DNA from: Candidatus Kaelpia imicola
GTDB taxonomy: Bacteria > Omnitrophota > Gorgyraeia > Kaelpiales > Kaelpiaceae
Direction of reading: 5' to 3'
Assembly: GCA_030765505.1 (NCBI GenBank)
Contig: JAVCCL010000019.1
Location: 3,516-67,515, forward strand
DNA length: 64,000 nt
Part shown: positions 17,244 to 25,925 of the stretch, piece after piece
Position numbering within the stretch: the stretch's first letter is position 1
Layout of the letters: every line of letters begins with the position of its first letter
Made by a program: the position numbers and the translations under genes
Notes under the pieces: generated by a model
Told to the model about the DNA's origin: nothing
The model's database searches: none
What the model saw: the letters and a program-made list of their open reading frames with translations, nothing else

Positions 17244-19507
17244 TGCATTATCTCCACGTTATCCCCGATTCTCAAACCCTTGAAATTATCCCCGATACCT
17301 TTTTCTAAATAGCAGGCCGACATCTCTCCTTCTATGCGAGCAGGTATGAGCAGAGCATACTCTCTACCATTTCGATAGACTACAACCTTGCTTGATGGGG
17401 TTAAACCTTTTGCATTTCCGATATTAAGGATTGCCATTTCATGCTGATTGTTAACTCCGATTATCCTACCCTCTATACCTGTTAAAGTTGCTTCCCTGCT
17501 CTCTTTTTTAAAATCCGGAAGCAAGAAAGGTGTGTAGCTAATGTTTGCAGAGGGATGCTCGCCAAACTTCTCCCAGGCAGTTATTACCGGCCTATCGGTT
17601 GTTAAACTTAAAAAACTTTCAACTCCACATGCCTTGGAAAGTCCGGAAAGAGCCATATAATAACCTATCAAAGCGCGGTTATAATTTACTTTTTCATTAG
17701 CATAATCTAAATATGACTGCATTAATGCTGTTATATCTGCTTCTTCTATCTTCATCTTACCCTCTGTTACCTTTAGCCGTTTATTCAAGAAATCCAGCTT
17801 TCTTAAAGATGTCTCTATTTGGAAAAGAGAGGATATATAATTTGCATAAGACTTACTAACTTCAGCAACAATAGTCTCTTCAGATTCAAGTTCTTCGTTT
17901 AAAGCCTTCAGGTGTTCTGTTTGAGCAGTTTTTATATCCGCGATGCTCCCCAGCCTGTCGACTAGAGAAAGCTCTGTTGATCTTGTAAAAGATTCCGTTG
18001 TCTCTTCCAGGCTAAAGCCGCCTGCCGGCCTACTCTGCTTTGTTACAGAACTACTCAATGTGCTTGTACCTATAGGCTTAGTCACTTTTAATCCTACATA
18101 CCAACTATCTCTGAAGACTTTATCTTCTGACTCATAGCCTTCGGCCATCTGGCCAACTTTACTTGTAAGGCTTATTCGGCACCTGTTTTTAGCTTTTGCT
18201 ATCTGTTCATTCAAATTGTTAAAATGGCTTACTAATTGCCTAATTCTTAATTCGGGGCGTTTTATCTTGGCAATTTCTAATGCTTTATCCATATCAACAT
18301 TGACTCTCTCAAAAGGCAGCCAGTTGACAAAGTTTATCTCTTCATCTTCCGGCATATTTAAAATTTGCCTAAAAGAAAGCTCCGCTAAAGAGAGCTCTTT
18401 CTGGGCTGATATGAAAAAAAACTTGACCTGATGGTAAGAGGATTGTAATTGTCCGTATTCCAGCTCTGTGATCAGCTGCTGTTGATAGAGAACCTCTCCT
18501 AATGCAAAAATCTTGTTTGCCTCTTTAATAAGCTTATTAAAAGTATCCCAATTCATCCTGTTCAGCACGACACTGTAGTAGCTTCTTTTTAATTCCAGGG
18601 AATAATCAGAATAAAGCCTCTTGTGCTCATAAAGCGAAAGTTCTCTGTTTATCTCAGCCTGTTCAATTTTATACCTCAATTCGCCGCCATAAGATATAGG
18701 CTGCTCCAGCTCTAATTCATATGATTTCGAAAAAATATCAACATCACCGACAGTAGCACCGCTTGTATCAGTAACTCTAATTATAGCATTAGGAAAAAGC
18801 TGCCGCTTAGCCTCGCTTAGTTTAAGCTGCGCAAGTTCATATTGACTTTGCGCAACTTTGAGCTCCCTATAGTTTTCCACTCCAATCTCTAACCATGGCC
18901 GCCAACCCCAAATTGCCTCCTGCCATTCCCGCTCATTTTTAGGACCTATGCGTTTATTCGGCATAAAACTAAATATTTTGGGAATATCTACCTCTTTATC
19001 CACGTCTTTATCCACAAAAGCTTCTCTGCCTTTACCTACAGAAGCTTCTTTAATAAACGGAAATTTGATATCTATGCTCTTCCTGCTTAGCGATACATCG
19101 TATTTGCTTGCTTTGCTTATAGCAAGCCTTATGCCGTCTACTTTTCCGGGCTTATCAGCAGTTGGTTCATAACCTGGATAAAACTCCACTTCTGCATATT
19201 CTACCCCGGGCAGATCGATATCAATCTTCAATCTATTTATGCAAAGAATATTGCTGCCAATAAGGTCAAAAAAGAGATATTGGTTATCATTAACCCAGTA
19301 CGCAGAATAAGTAGGAGGCCGGTTGAAATTAAGTTTTAAGGTAAACAGACCGTCTTGAAATACTTTTTCAATGCTGTTTAAGGTAACCGTATCATCGGAA
19401 TATGATACGGTTATTTGCAATAATGATACGGTTAGCAAGAACCATATCATAAATGATACGGATAGCTTTTCTGCCGTTACTTTTGAGACTAATCTATATA
19501 TAACCAT
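17240..19507 (-). CDS. TolC-family outer-membrane channel with extra N-terminal (AMIN-like) and C-terminal (FlgT-C-like) domains
   Basis: Two OEP repeats (EAKRQLFP..LEQPISYGG; ALEIAKIKRPEL..WYVGLKVTKPI..EVSKSY); signal peptide; 755 aa, much longer than usual. Confidence 0.8.
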   Translation of the reverse strand: MVIYRLVSKVTAEKLSVSFMIWFLLTVSLLQITVSYSDDTVTLNSIEKVFQDGLFTLKLNFNRPPTYSAYWVNDNQYLFFDLIGSNILCINRLKIDIDLPGVEYAEVEFYPGYEPTADKPGKVDGIRLAISKASKYDVSLSRKSIDIKFPFIKEASVGKGREAFVDKDVDKEVDIPKIFSFMPNKRIGPKNEREWQEAIWGWRPWLEIGVENYRELKVAQSQYELAQLKLSEAKRQLFPNAIIRVTDTSGATVGDVDIFSKSYELELEQPISYGGELRYKIEQAEINRELSLYEHKRLYSDYSLELKRSYYSVVLNRMNWDTFNKLIKEANKIFALGEVLYQQQLITELEYGQLQSSYHQVKFFFISAQKELSLAELSFRQILNMPEDEEINFVNWLPFERVNVDMDKALEIAKIKRPELRIRQLVSHFNNLNEQIAKAKNRCRISLTSKVGQMAEGYESEDKVFRDSWYVGLKVTKPIGTSTLSSSVTKQSRPAGGFSLEETTESFTRSTELSLVDRLGSIADIKTAQTEHLKALNEELESEETIVAEVSKSYANYISSLFQIETSLRKLDFLNKRLKVTEGKMKIEEADITALMQSYLDYANEKVNYNRALIGYYMALSGLSKACGVESFLSLTTDRPVITAWEKFGEHPSANISYTPFLLPDFKKESREATLTGIEGRIIGVNNQHEMAILNIGNAKGLTPSSKVVVYRNGREYALLIPARIEGEMSACYLEKGIGDNFKGLRIGDNVEIMQ
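18996..19016 (+). promoter_or_regulatory. Tandem DnaA-box pair inside TolC gene
   Basis: TTATCCACG (18996) and TTATCCACA (19008). Confidence 0.4.
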
Positions 19508-19523
19508 ATCATAACCGTATCAT
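19384..19523. repeat. Array of 7 copies of ATGATACGGTTA motif (both orientations)
   Basis: Copies at 19384(-), 19402(+), 19423(+), 19439(-, variant), 19453(+, variant), 19501(-, variant), 19512(-). Confidence 0.85.
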
Positions 19524-19598
19524 TTAGAATCTCTCAAAAAAAGGCCTCATTGTCAAGTAGAAAATGGAAGCACGCAAAGGGGATTAAACCGCAGGAAA

Positions 19599-20324
19599 TT
19601 AATCTGAAATCTGATTGATATCGATTAAATCGTCCTGCCTTGCAAGAATATGTGCGATACGTTCAAGTTCTTTTATCAATCTCTCTTTTGCTTTAGGATC
19701 TAAAGGGGGGATTTTTATCACTATCTTGTTCTGCCCAAAGATTATATTTATAAATACATTTATTTCTCGCTCTTTAGGGCTTTTACTCTCCTCTTGAATA
19801 TCCTGCTGCTCGGCTTCCTCTTCTTCGCTAACAGATTCAACTTCTGCTATCTGCACTTTGACCCTAAGACCGTATTTATGCACCGGTAGATTCTCTCCCT
19901 GCCTTTTCACAGCATCCTTAAAGACTAAAGGTGCTGCATCTTCTAACTCTTTTATAAGCCTCTCTATCTCAACTCCGTTTTCAATCTCGGGAACACCCTC
20001 CTCAAACTCTAATTCAATAGTCTCAATCCCAAAAATAGATTCCGGCATTGTATAGGCATAAAAATCACTACCCATGGGTGATGCGGTATCCGTCTCCTGC
20101 TGATGAGCTATATAAGGAAAATAGAGAACCTCGCTCTCTATCTTTTTTAAGGGAGTGTAGGCAGGCTTGCTATATTCACTTCCCAGGCTATAATCCCAGC
20201 TCTTTTTTTGATACCCACTATTCATATCTTGCGCAAAAGATATAGAGGATTGTAAGGATATAATAATCAAAAACAGAAGACCAGCACCGATGGTTGAAAC
20301 CTGTTTTAGAAAATCTATTTTCAT
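19599..20324 (-). CDS. Hypothetical secreted acidic protein
   Basis: Signal peptide ending SFA-Q, 241 aa, Glu-rich; no family recognised. Confidence 0.7.
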   Translation of the reverse strand: MKIDFLKQVSTIGAGLLFLIIISLQSSISFAQDMNSGYQKKSWDYSLGSEYSKPAYTPLKKIESEVLYFPYIAHQQETDTASPMGSDFYAYTMPESIFGIETIELEFEEGVPEIENGVEIERLIKELEDAAPLVFKDAVKRQGENLPVHKYGLRVKVQIAEVESVSEEEEAEQQDIQEESKSPKEREINVFINIIFGQNKIVIKIPPLDPKAKERLIKELERIAHILARQDDLIDINQISD

Positions 20325-20376
20325 ATAGTTACTATCTTAACAAATAGCGGTCTATACTGCCAATAAATTATCAAGA

Positions 20377-21936
20377 TTAAATATCACTGCAGGCTTCTGG
20401 AAAGGAGGTATTCTGGGCTTGAAGAGTATCATCGCTCTCTGACCAATATCGGGCAAGGACATTAGTGCGGGCTGCCTCATAATCTATGCCTTGGTCTATA
20501 ACTTGCTCTGCAATCTCTTTAATTGCATTGCCGAATTCTTCCAACGCTATATCGCCTAAAATTCTTGCAACCTCTTCGTCTTTAAAAGCGCGCCACATTA
20601 CCTGTCCGTATTGAATTGCATCTTCAAATGAACCTTCGACTAAAGCTAAATTAAAATTCACCGATTCTAAAGTAGCAAGTTTAGTCAAAGGATCGTACTC
20701 TAATATTTTACTTATAGAAATTGTATTATAGCTTATCTCTCCATCCTTGGATTCTATATGAGAAATGTTTAAAATCTCCGATGCTCTGTCATATTCATCA
20801 TATTGATAAAATTGAAGAGAGGTAGTAATTAAATCAGGGGCATTATCATCGTTAAAGTGTTTTATTTCAAGCACTTGGGGCATATATTCTATATCGCCGT
20901 CTTCATTGACGGATGAATAAAACTCTTTTATATTAACAGTCTCTTCGTAACTGCGAGTATACTCTCCAGGTAAAACTTCGGTAACTTTTCTATGATAACT
21001 TTTATTTTCTCTCAGTTGAAAATCCATCTCCAAAATATCTTGTTCAAAACTTGTAATAACTCCTGTCTCTAAATTTTCTATCTCTTGGTACAATTTAACT
21101 GCATAACCGAATGCATTTGATTTTTTGTTATCAAATCCCCACCAGTCACCTTCACATTCAAGATACTCTATGTAGTTATAACTATCTTTGTATACAACGA
21201 ACTCTATCTCTGGATCATTATCATCCTGCGCATATACAGGCTTGCTTGTTTTAGAAAATGTCCAGTCCAAAAAATGCGTATTTTCACTTCTTAATGCAAT
21301 CTGTATTGGTATCACCGTGCTGGGACCGCCCAGCTTATCATTTGATATGCTGTGGTTAAAAGTTATTGAAAACCCTTTTTTTGCATGCTGTCCGGATGTC
21401 TCCGTTATTCTCTTTATAGCCTCTTCTATATCCCCGTCTGTAACACCCTTTTTTCCCTTCGCATATTTGTTTATAATCCATTTTGCAACCTCCGTATTTG
21501 TTCCATTAAAAGATAATGATCCATTCTTACCCACGCTTCTGCTAGGACCGGCAGCCTTAATTGGAGCAAAGAGTTGATCGCTACTTATCATTGCAAATTC
21601 TCTAATTTTATTTCTTATAGCAGCGATTGCATATAGCGATGCGCTTAAATTTTGATAACTAATGCGTACCTGCTCCCCTGATTTCTTTCCTATCAATAAA
21701 GCCTTTATAGTCGCCTCTCTCTCTTCCAGCTCATCAATAGATAACGCGGCAGAGAGAGCGTTATAAAGCTCTGCAGCTGAACCATAATGCGATAAATCCA
21801 TAGGATTCTCTTTCTCTGAATCACTATATGCACTCACATCTATGGAGAGCATACAGCAGATAGATACTATTATTAGACCCAAAATTAAATCTTTTAAAAA
21901 GTCTTTCTTCCTCATCACAATACATTTATACCACAT
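20377..21936 (-). CDS. Hypothetical secreted protein with Tyr/Glu/Thr-rich beta-strand region
   Basis: Signal peptide ending VSA-Y; 519 aa ORF (true start may be the second Met, MRKKDF). Confidence 0.7.
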   Translation of the reverse strand: MWYKCIVMRKKDFLKDLILGLIIVSICCMLSIDVSAYSDSEKENPMDLSHYGSAAELYNALSAALSIDELEEREATIKALLIGKKSGEQVRISYQNLSASLYAIAAIRNKIREFAMISSDQLFAPIKAAGPSRSVGKNGSLSFNGTNTEVAKWIINKYAKGKKGVTDGDIEEAIKRITETSGQHAKKGFSITFNHSISNDKLGGPSTVIPIQIALRSENTHFLDWTFSKTSKPVYAQDDNDPEIEFVVYKDSYNYIEYLECEGDWWGFDNKKSNAFGYAVKLYQEIENLETGVITSFEQDILEMDFQLRENKSYHRKVTEVLPGEYTRSYEETVNIKEFYSSVNEDGDIEYMPQVLEIKHFNDDNAPDLITTSLQFYQYDEYDRASEILNISHIESKDGEISYNTISISKILEYDPLTKLATLESVNFNLALVEGSFEDAIQYGQVMWRAFKDEEVARILGDIALEEFGNAIKEIAEQVIDQGIDYEAARTNVLARYWSESDDTLQAQNTSFPEACSDI

Positions 21937-21963
21937 CTTTTATTAAAAAACAAATAAGAGTAC

Positions 21964-22539
21964 TCATTTTAGATAAAAATCGTCTATATAGCAACGCCCT
22001 GCTTCTATGCTGGTATAACGCTTATCTATAAATACATTTATTTCTACTATGTTGGAGAGCCTTTTATCTTTTAGACTATTCAGCGATATCTCTACTCGCC
22101 CCCATTCACTAGAGACTTGAGAGTTCATCTTTGTGACTCTATTACCAAATTTATCTTCTATTGTAACTCCTACTATTTTAGAAAATCCCAGCGTCGGCTC
22201 ACCCTTAATCCAAAAACCGAGCAGGTTGTACCCGCTAAAATCATGATCTGAAACATCTAACCATAGACCTCCCACGAGATCTGCCCCGGACCTAAAATCA
22301 TAATCAAGCGCCACAGCTCTTCCTCTCTCTCCTACCCGGACGCGGGCCTGGAGCTCAGCCTTAAAGCTTGCCTGCTTATCGTTAGACACCGCCTCCCATA
22401 CTCCTCCTTTATATTCATCTGCATTAAAGTCCTGCAAAATAAAGATCTGCTCCCTATACTTTGAGAAACCACCAGCTGTATTGGTACAGCCGTAGAGCAT
22501 GATAGAGATAACCACTATAAATATAAGCTCTTTTCTCAT
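21964..22539 (-). CDS. Lipoprotein with CBM11/CIA30-like domain
   Basis: Lipobox LYGC; ALDYDF..GGLW..DFSGYNLLGFWIKG..WGRVEISL..GRCYIDDFYL, paralogous to 5070-5645. Confidence 0.75.
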   Translation of the reverse strand: MRKELIFIVVISIMLYGCTNTAGGFSKYREQIFILQDFNADEYKGGVWEAVSNDKQASFKAELQARVRVGERGRAVALDYDFRSGADLVGGLWLDVSDHDFSGYNLLGFWIKGEPTLGFSKIVGVTIEDKFGNRVTKMNSQVSSEWGRVEISLNSLKDKRLSNIVEINVFIDKRYTSIEAGRCYIDDFYLK

Positions 22540-23153
22540 GCTTTTACCACAATCCGCGGTTCTTTGATAGAGTAACTACCTACACCATCCCGATCGCCGC
22601 CTTTAGGTACAACTATTTTGATACTCTCTATATCCGCTATCTTAATCTCAAAAAGGGTCAATGGTATTAAGACAAGTGTAGGGCCTTTCAATTTTGCATT
22701 CAGTATTTTAGAATAACTATTGCCTTTTAATCCAATCTGGATATCCAGAGAGCTAGGCCCCTTCTTGCCCGGTAAAATGACCATCTCTAAAGCATGGTCT
22801 CCGGCTTTTTCATCAGATATCTCCAGAGGTAAAGATATCTCGCACTCCGGCATCCGCCTAAACAGAGAGAAATAGCTTATACCCAACGTCCTGCTCTCTC
22901 TATTAATACTGGCAGTCATAAAACCTAAATAGCCTATTCTGGTCGTAACCCGCTTTTTAGAATCTTCCTGGAAAAGAAAATCAAAACTATATGCAGTCTC
23001 AGACTTAAGATTGAAATCGGGCCACTCCTCGTAAAGTTCAGGATTGACTATAACAGCCTGGGGTAAAGCAAGGGTAATGCTCCGGTTCTCTTCAGCAAAA
23101 CATAGAGAATATAAAGCTAAAACAGTAAAGAGTACGGCATTCTTTATTCCCAT
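22536..23153 (-). CDS. Hypothetical secreted protein
   Basis: Signal peptide ending CFA-E; ATGA-coupled to the CBM lipoprotein. Confidence 0.65.
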   Translation of the reverse strand: MGIKNAVLFTVLALYSLCFAEENRSITLALPQAVIVNPELYEEWPDFNLKSETAYSFDFLFQEDSKKRVTTRIGYLGFMTASINRESRTLGISYFSLFRRMPECEISLPLEISDEKAGDHALEMVILPGKKGPSSLDIQIGLKGNSYSKILNAKLKGPTLVLIPLTLFEIKIADIESIKIVVPKGGDRDGVGSYSIKEPRIVVKA

Positions 23154-23191
23154 AATAGCATCAAAGACATTTTAACACCTGCGCCGAGATT

Positions 23192-23884
23192 TTACAAACC
23201 TCTACTACCCTCCAATAATAAAACCATCTCGCCTTTTAATCTGACTTGGTTACACTCTATGCGCTTTAGGAGTTCTGATGTTTTACAACGCAGAAGTTCT
23301 TCATGGAGTTTTGTCAACTCCCTGGCTAAACAGAGATCCCTATCTCCTATAATCTCTAAAATATCTCTTAACAGTTTTTCTATCCTATGAGGGCTTTCAT
23401 AAAATATAATAGTCTTGGAATCCTCTCTTAAAGCTTCAAGCCGCTGTTTTCTTTTGCTGTTCCTGCGAGGCAAAAATCCTTCAAAAGTAAACCTGTCTGT
23501 AGCTAGACCTGAAGCTACTAAAGCAGTTAAAAAAGCGCTGGGCCCGGGAATAGATATAACATCTAAATCACATCTTAACGCCTCTCTTGCGAGGTAGAAC
23601 CCGGGGTCCGAGATCCCGGGAGTACCTGCATCTGAAATAAGAGCATAGACAGCACCCTCTTTTATCTTTTTTAAAACAGCGGATGTCTTCTGCTCTTTAT
23701 TGAAATCATGAAAAGAGACTCTTGGCGTCTCTATGCTATATCGATGAAACAGCTTTTGAGCTCTACGAGTATCTTCACATAAGACCACCTCTGCCTCCTT
23801 GAGAATCTCAAGAGCCCGAAGAGTAATATCCCCTAAATTTCCAATAGGCGTTCCGACCAGATAGAGCCTTCCCTTGTTAGACAT
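23192..23884 (-). CDS. rsmI: 16S rRNA C1402 2'-O-methyltransferase
   Basis: LYLVGTPIGNLGDIT, CEDTR, SDAGTPGISDPG, YESPHR, RELTKLHEE. Confidence 0.97.
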   Translation of the reverse strand: MSNKGRLYLVGTPIGNLGDITLRALEILKEAEVVLCEDTRRAQKLFHRYSIETPRVSFHDFNKEQKTSAVLKKIKEGAVYALISDAGTPGISDPGFYLAREALRCDLDVISIPGPSAFLTALVASGLATDRFTFEGFLPRRNSKRKQRLEALREDSKTIIFYESPHRIEKLLRDILEIIGDRDLCLARELTKLHEELLRCKTSELLKRIECNQVRLKGEMVLLLEGSRGL

Positions 23885-23898
23885 TTTGAAATAAAAAA

Positions 23899-25713
23899 TT
23901 ATTCTACAGTTACGCTCTTTGCAAGGTTGCGGGGCTTATCAACATTGCAACCTTTTTTAAGCGCAATAAAATATGCCAAGAGCTGTAATGGCAATGGAGT
24001 AAGTAATACTGCAACAGATTCTCGTATCTTGGGTACTTTAATAGTTCTGAAGCAGGTTGATTCCGACTCTGAATCTCCTTCTGTTATGAGACCTATAAGC
24101 TTTCCTTTTCTAGCTTTTATCTCAAGCATATTGGATAGCATCTTATCCCGCACCCTACCTGCAACAGAGAGAACCACTACAGGGAGCTGCTCTTCAATTA
24201 AAGCTATCGGCCCATGCTTCATCTCACCGCCTGGATATCCTTCAGCATGAATATAAGATATCTCTTTTAGCTTTAAAGCCCCCTCTAAAGCATTGGGATA
24301 ATTAATTCCTCGGGCTAAATATAGGAAATTTGGAGATTGATATAGCTCTGATGCTAAGCTTTTAATGCTATCTTTTTCGGCAATTATCTTCTCTAAATAG
24401 AGCGGTACCTTTTTCAAATCTTGTATATAGTCTTTTAAAAATTCGGCATCCTTAGTTTTACGAAGTTGAGCCAGTTTTAAAGATAGAAGCTGTAAGACCA
24501 TAATCTGAGCCAGGTATGTTTTGGTTGAGGCTACACCTATCTCGAGGCCGGCAGCAGTATAGAGCACTCTGTCAGATTCTCTGGCAATCGTTGAATCTTC
24601 TACGTTAACCAGAGAGAGTGTTTTAAAATTAAACTCCTTGGCAAGACGCAGGCTGGCCAATGTATCTGCAGTCTCACCCGATTGGGATATAGATATAAAA
24701 AGCGTATGCTCTTCGGGCACCGGATTTCTATATCTAAATTCACTTGAGGTATCTACGGTAACCGCTATGCCTGCCATATCCTCTATCAAGTATTCGGCAA
24801 TTAAACCTGAGTGGTAGGCTGTACCGCAGGCAACTATTACAATTTGCTTTATATCCTCAAAGAAACTATCTTTAATCGGCAATTTAACCTGATTCTGGTT
24901 AATATAATGTTCAATAACATTTTTGATTACCTCGGGCTGTTCATATATCTCTTTGAGCATAAAATGCGAAAATCCATTTTTGTCAGCCGAAGGCATTGTC
25001 CACTTTAACTCTGAAGGGTTTTTAAGCCTCTCTTTACCATTAAAATCCTTTATAGAGAAACTGTCTTTTTTTACTATTATCATCTCTCCGTCGTCTATGT
25101 ATATAACAAGCTGAGCCTCGCCTATCAATGCTGTTGCATCTGAAGCAAGGTAGTAACCATCCTTACCTATGCCCAGAAGCAAAGGGCTTAACATCCTGGC
25201 AGCAATAATTTTATCCGGCTCTCTTTTGGAAGCTGCCATCAAAGCATAGCTACCCTTCAGTTTTGGCAAAACCTGCCGCACGGCCTCTTCTAAATCATCC
25301 TTATAATACTCCTCTATAAGATGTGCTATTACTTCCGTATCTGTATCTGATCTAAACCAATGGCCGTTTTCTTCAAGTCCGATTTTAAGCTCTTGATAGT
25401 TTTCGATAATACCATTATGCACGATAGCAATCTCATCTTTGCAGTCCAGGTGAGGATGGGCATTGAGCTCATTGACCTCGCCATGAGTAGCCCAGCGCGT
25501 ATGCCCCAAACCCAAGCCGCCCTTTATATTTAACGATTTCAGAGCATCTTTTAGTACTTCGACCTTACCAGACCTCTTTACAGTTTGGAAGTTACCGTCA
25601 TTAAATATAGATATGCCGGCAGAATCATAGCCTCTATACTCTAAGCGCTCCAACCCTTTCTCAAGGATATCAAGAGCATCTCTCTTACCTATATAACCAA
25701 TTATGCCACACAT
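23899..25713 (-). CDS. glmS: Glutamine--fructose-6-phosphate aminotransferase
   Basis: MCGIIG, LEYRGYDSAG, GHTRWATHG, SQSGETADT, PRNLAKSVTVE. Confidence 0.98.
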   Translation of the reverse strand: MCGIIGYIGKRDALDILEKGLERLEYRGYDSAGISIFNDGNFQTVKRSGKVEVLKDALKSLNIKGGLGLGHTRWATHGEVNELNAHPHLDCKDEIAIVHNGIIENYQELKIGLEENGHWFRSDTDTEVIAHLIEEYYKDDLEEAVRQVLPKLKGSYALMAASKREPDKIIAARMLSPLLLGIGKDGYYLASDATALIGEAQLVIYIDDGEMIIVKKDSFSIKDFNGKERLKNPSELKWTMPSADKNGFSHFMLKEIYEQPEVIKNVIEHYINQNQVKLPIKDSFFEDIKQIVIVACGTAYHSGLIAEYLIEDMAGIAVTVDTSSEFRYRNPVPEEHTLFISISQSGETADTLASLRLAKEFNFKTLSLVNVEDSTIARESDRVLYTAAGLEIGVASTKTYLAQIMVLQLLSLKLAQLRKTKDAEFLKDYIQDLKKVPLYLEKIIAEKDSIKSLASELYQSPNFLYLARGINYPNALEGALKLKEISYIHAEGYPGGEMKHGPIALIEEQLPVVVLSVAGRVRDKMLSNMLEIKARKGKLIGLITEGDSESESTCFRTIKVPKIRESVAVLLTPLPLQLLAYFIALKKGCNVDKPRNLAKSVTVE

Positions 25714-25762
25714 GCTACCTAAACCCCCTTTTTACTAACGCCTATCTTGCTGCCTATATCAA

Positions 25763-25835
25763 CGTCCCCAGCCGGGTTTGAACCGGCGCCGACGGCTCGA
25801 AAGGCCGTTGTCCTAGGCCGCTAGACGATGGGGAC
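25763..25835 (-). tRNA. tRNA-Glu (TTC)
   Basis: GTCCCCATCGTCTAGCGGCCTAGGAC..ACGGC-CTTTCGA-GCCGT..GGTTCAAACC..TGGGGACG; CCA not encoded. Confidence 0.93.
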
Positions 25836-25925
25836 TCCATTTTCCGTTTAAATACTACTTTATTAAGTTTACCACTTTATTTCGATTTTGCAAATAACTC
25901 TCTATTTTTCTCAAACTGTTGCCGT

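Noticed and set aside
9553-18431. Many antisense ORFs opposite the RND and TolC genes
   Set aside because: No RBS or protein-like features; typical antisense shadows
25714-25762. glmS ribozyme
   Set aside because: Only ~50 nt between tRNA-Glu and glmS; no room and no motif
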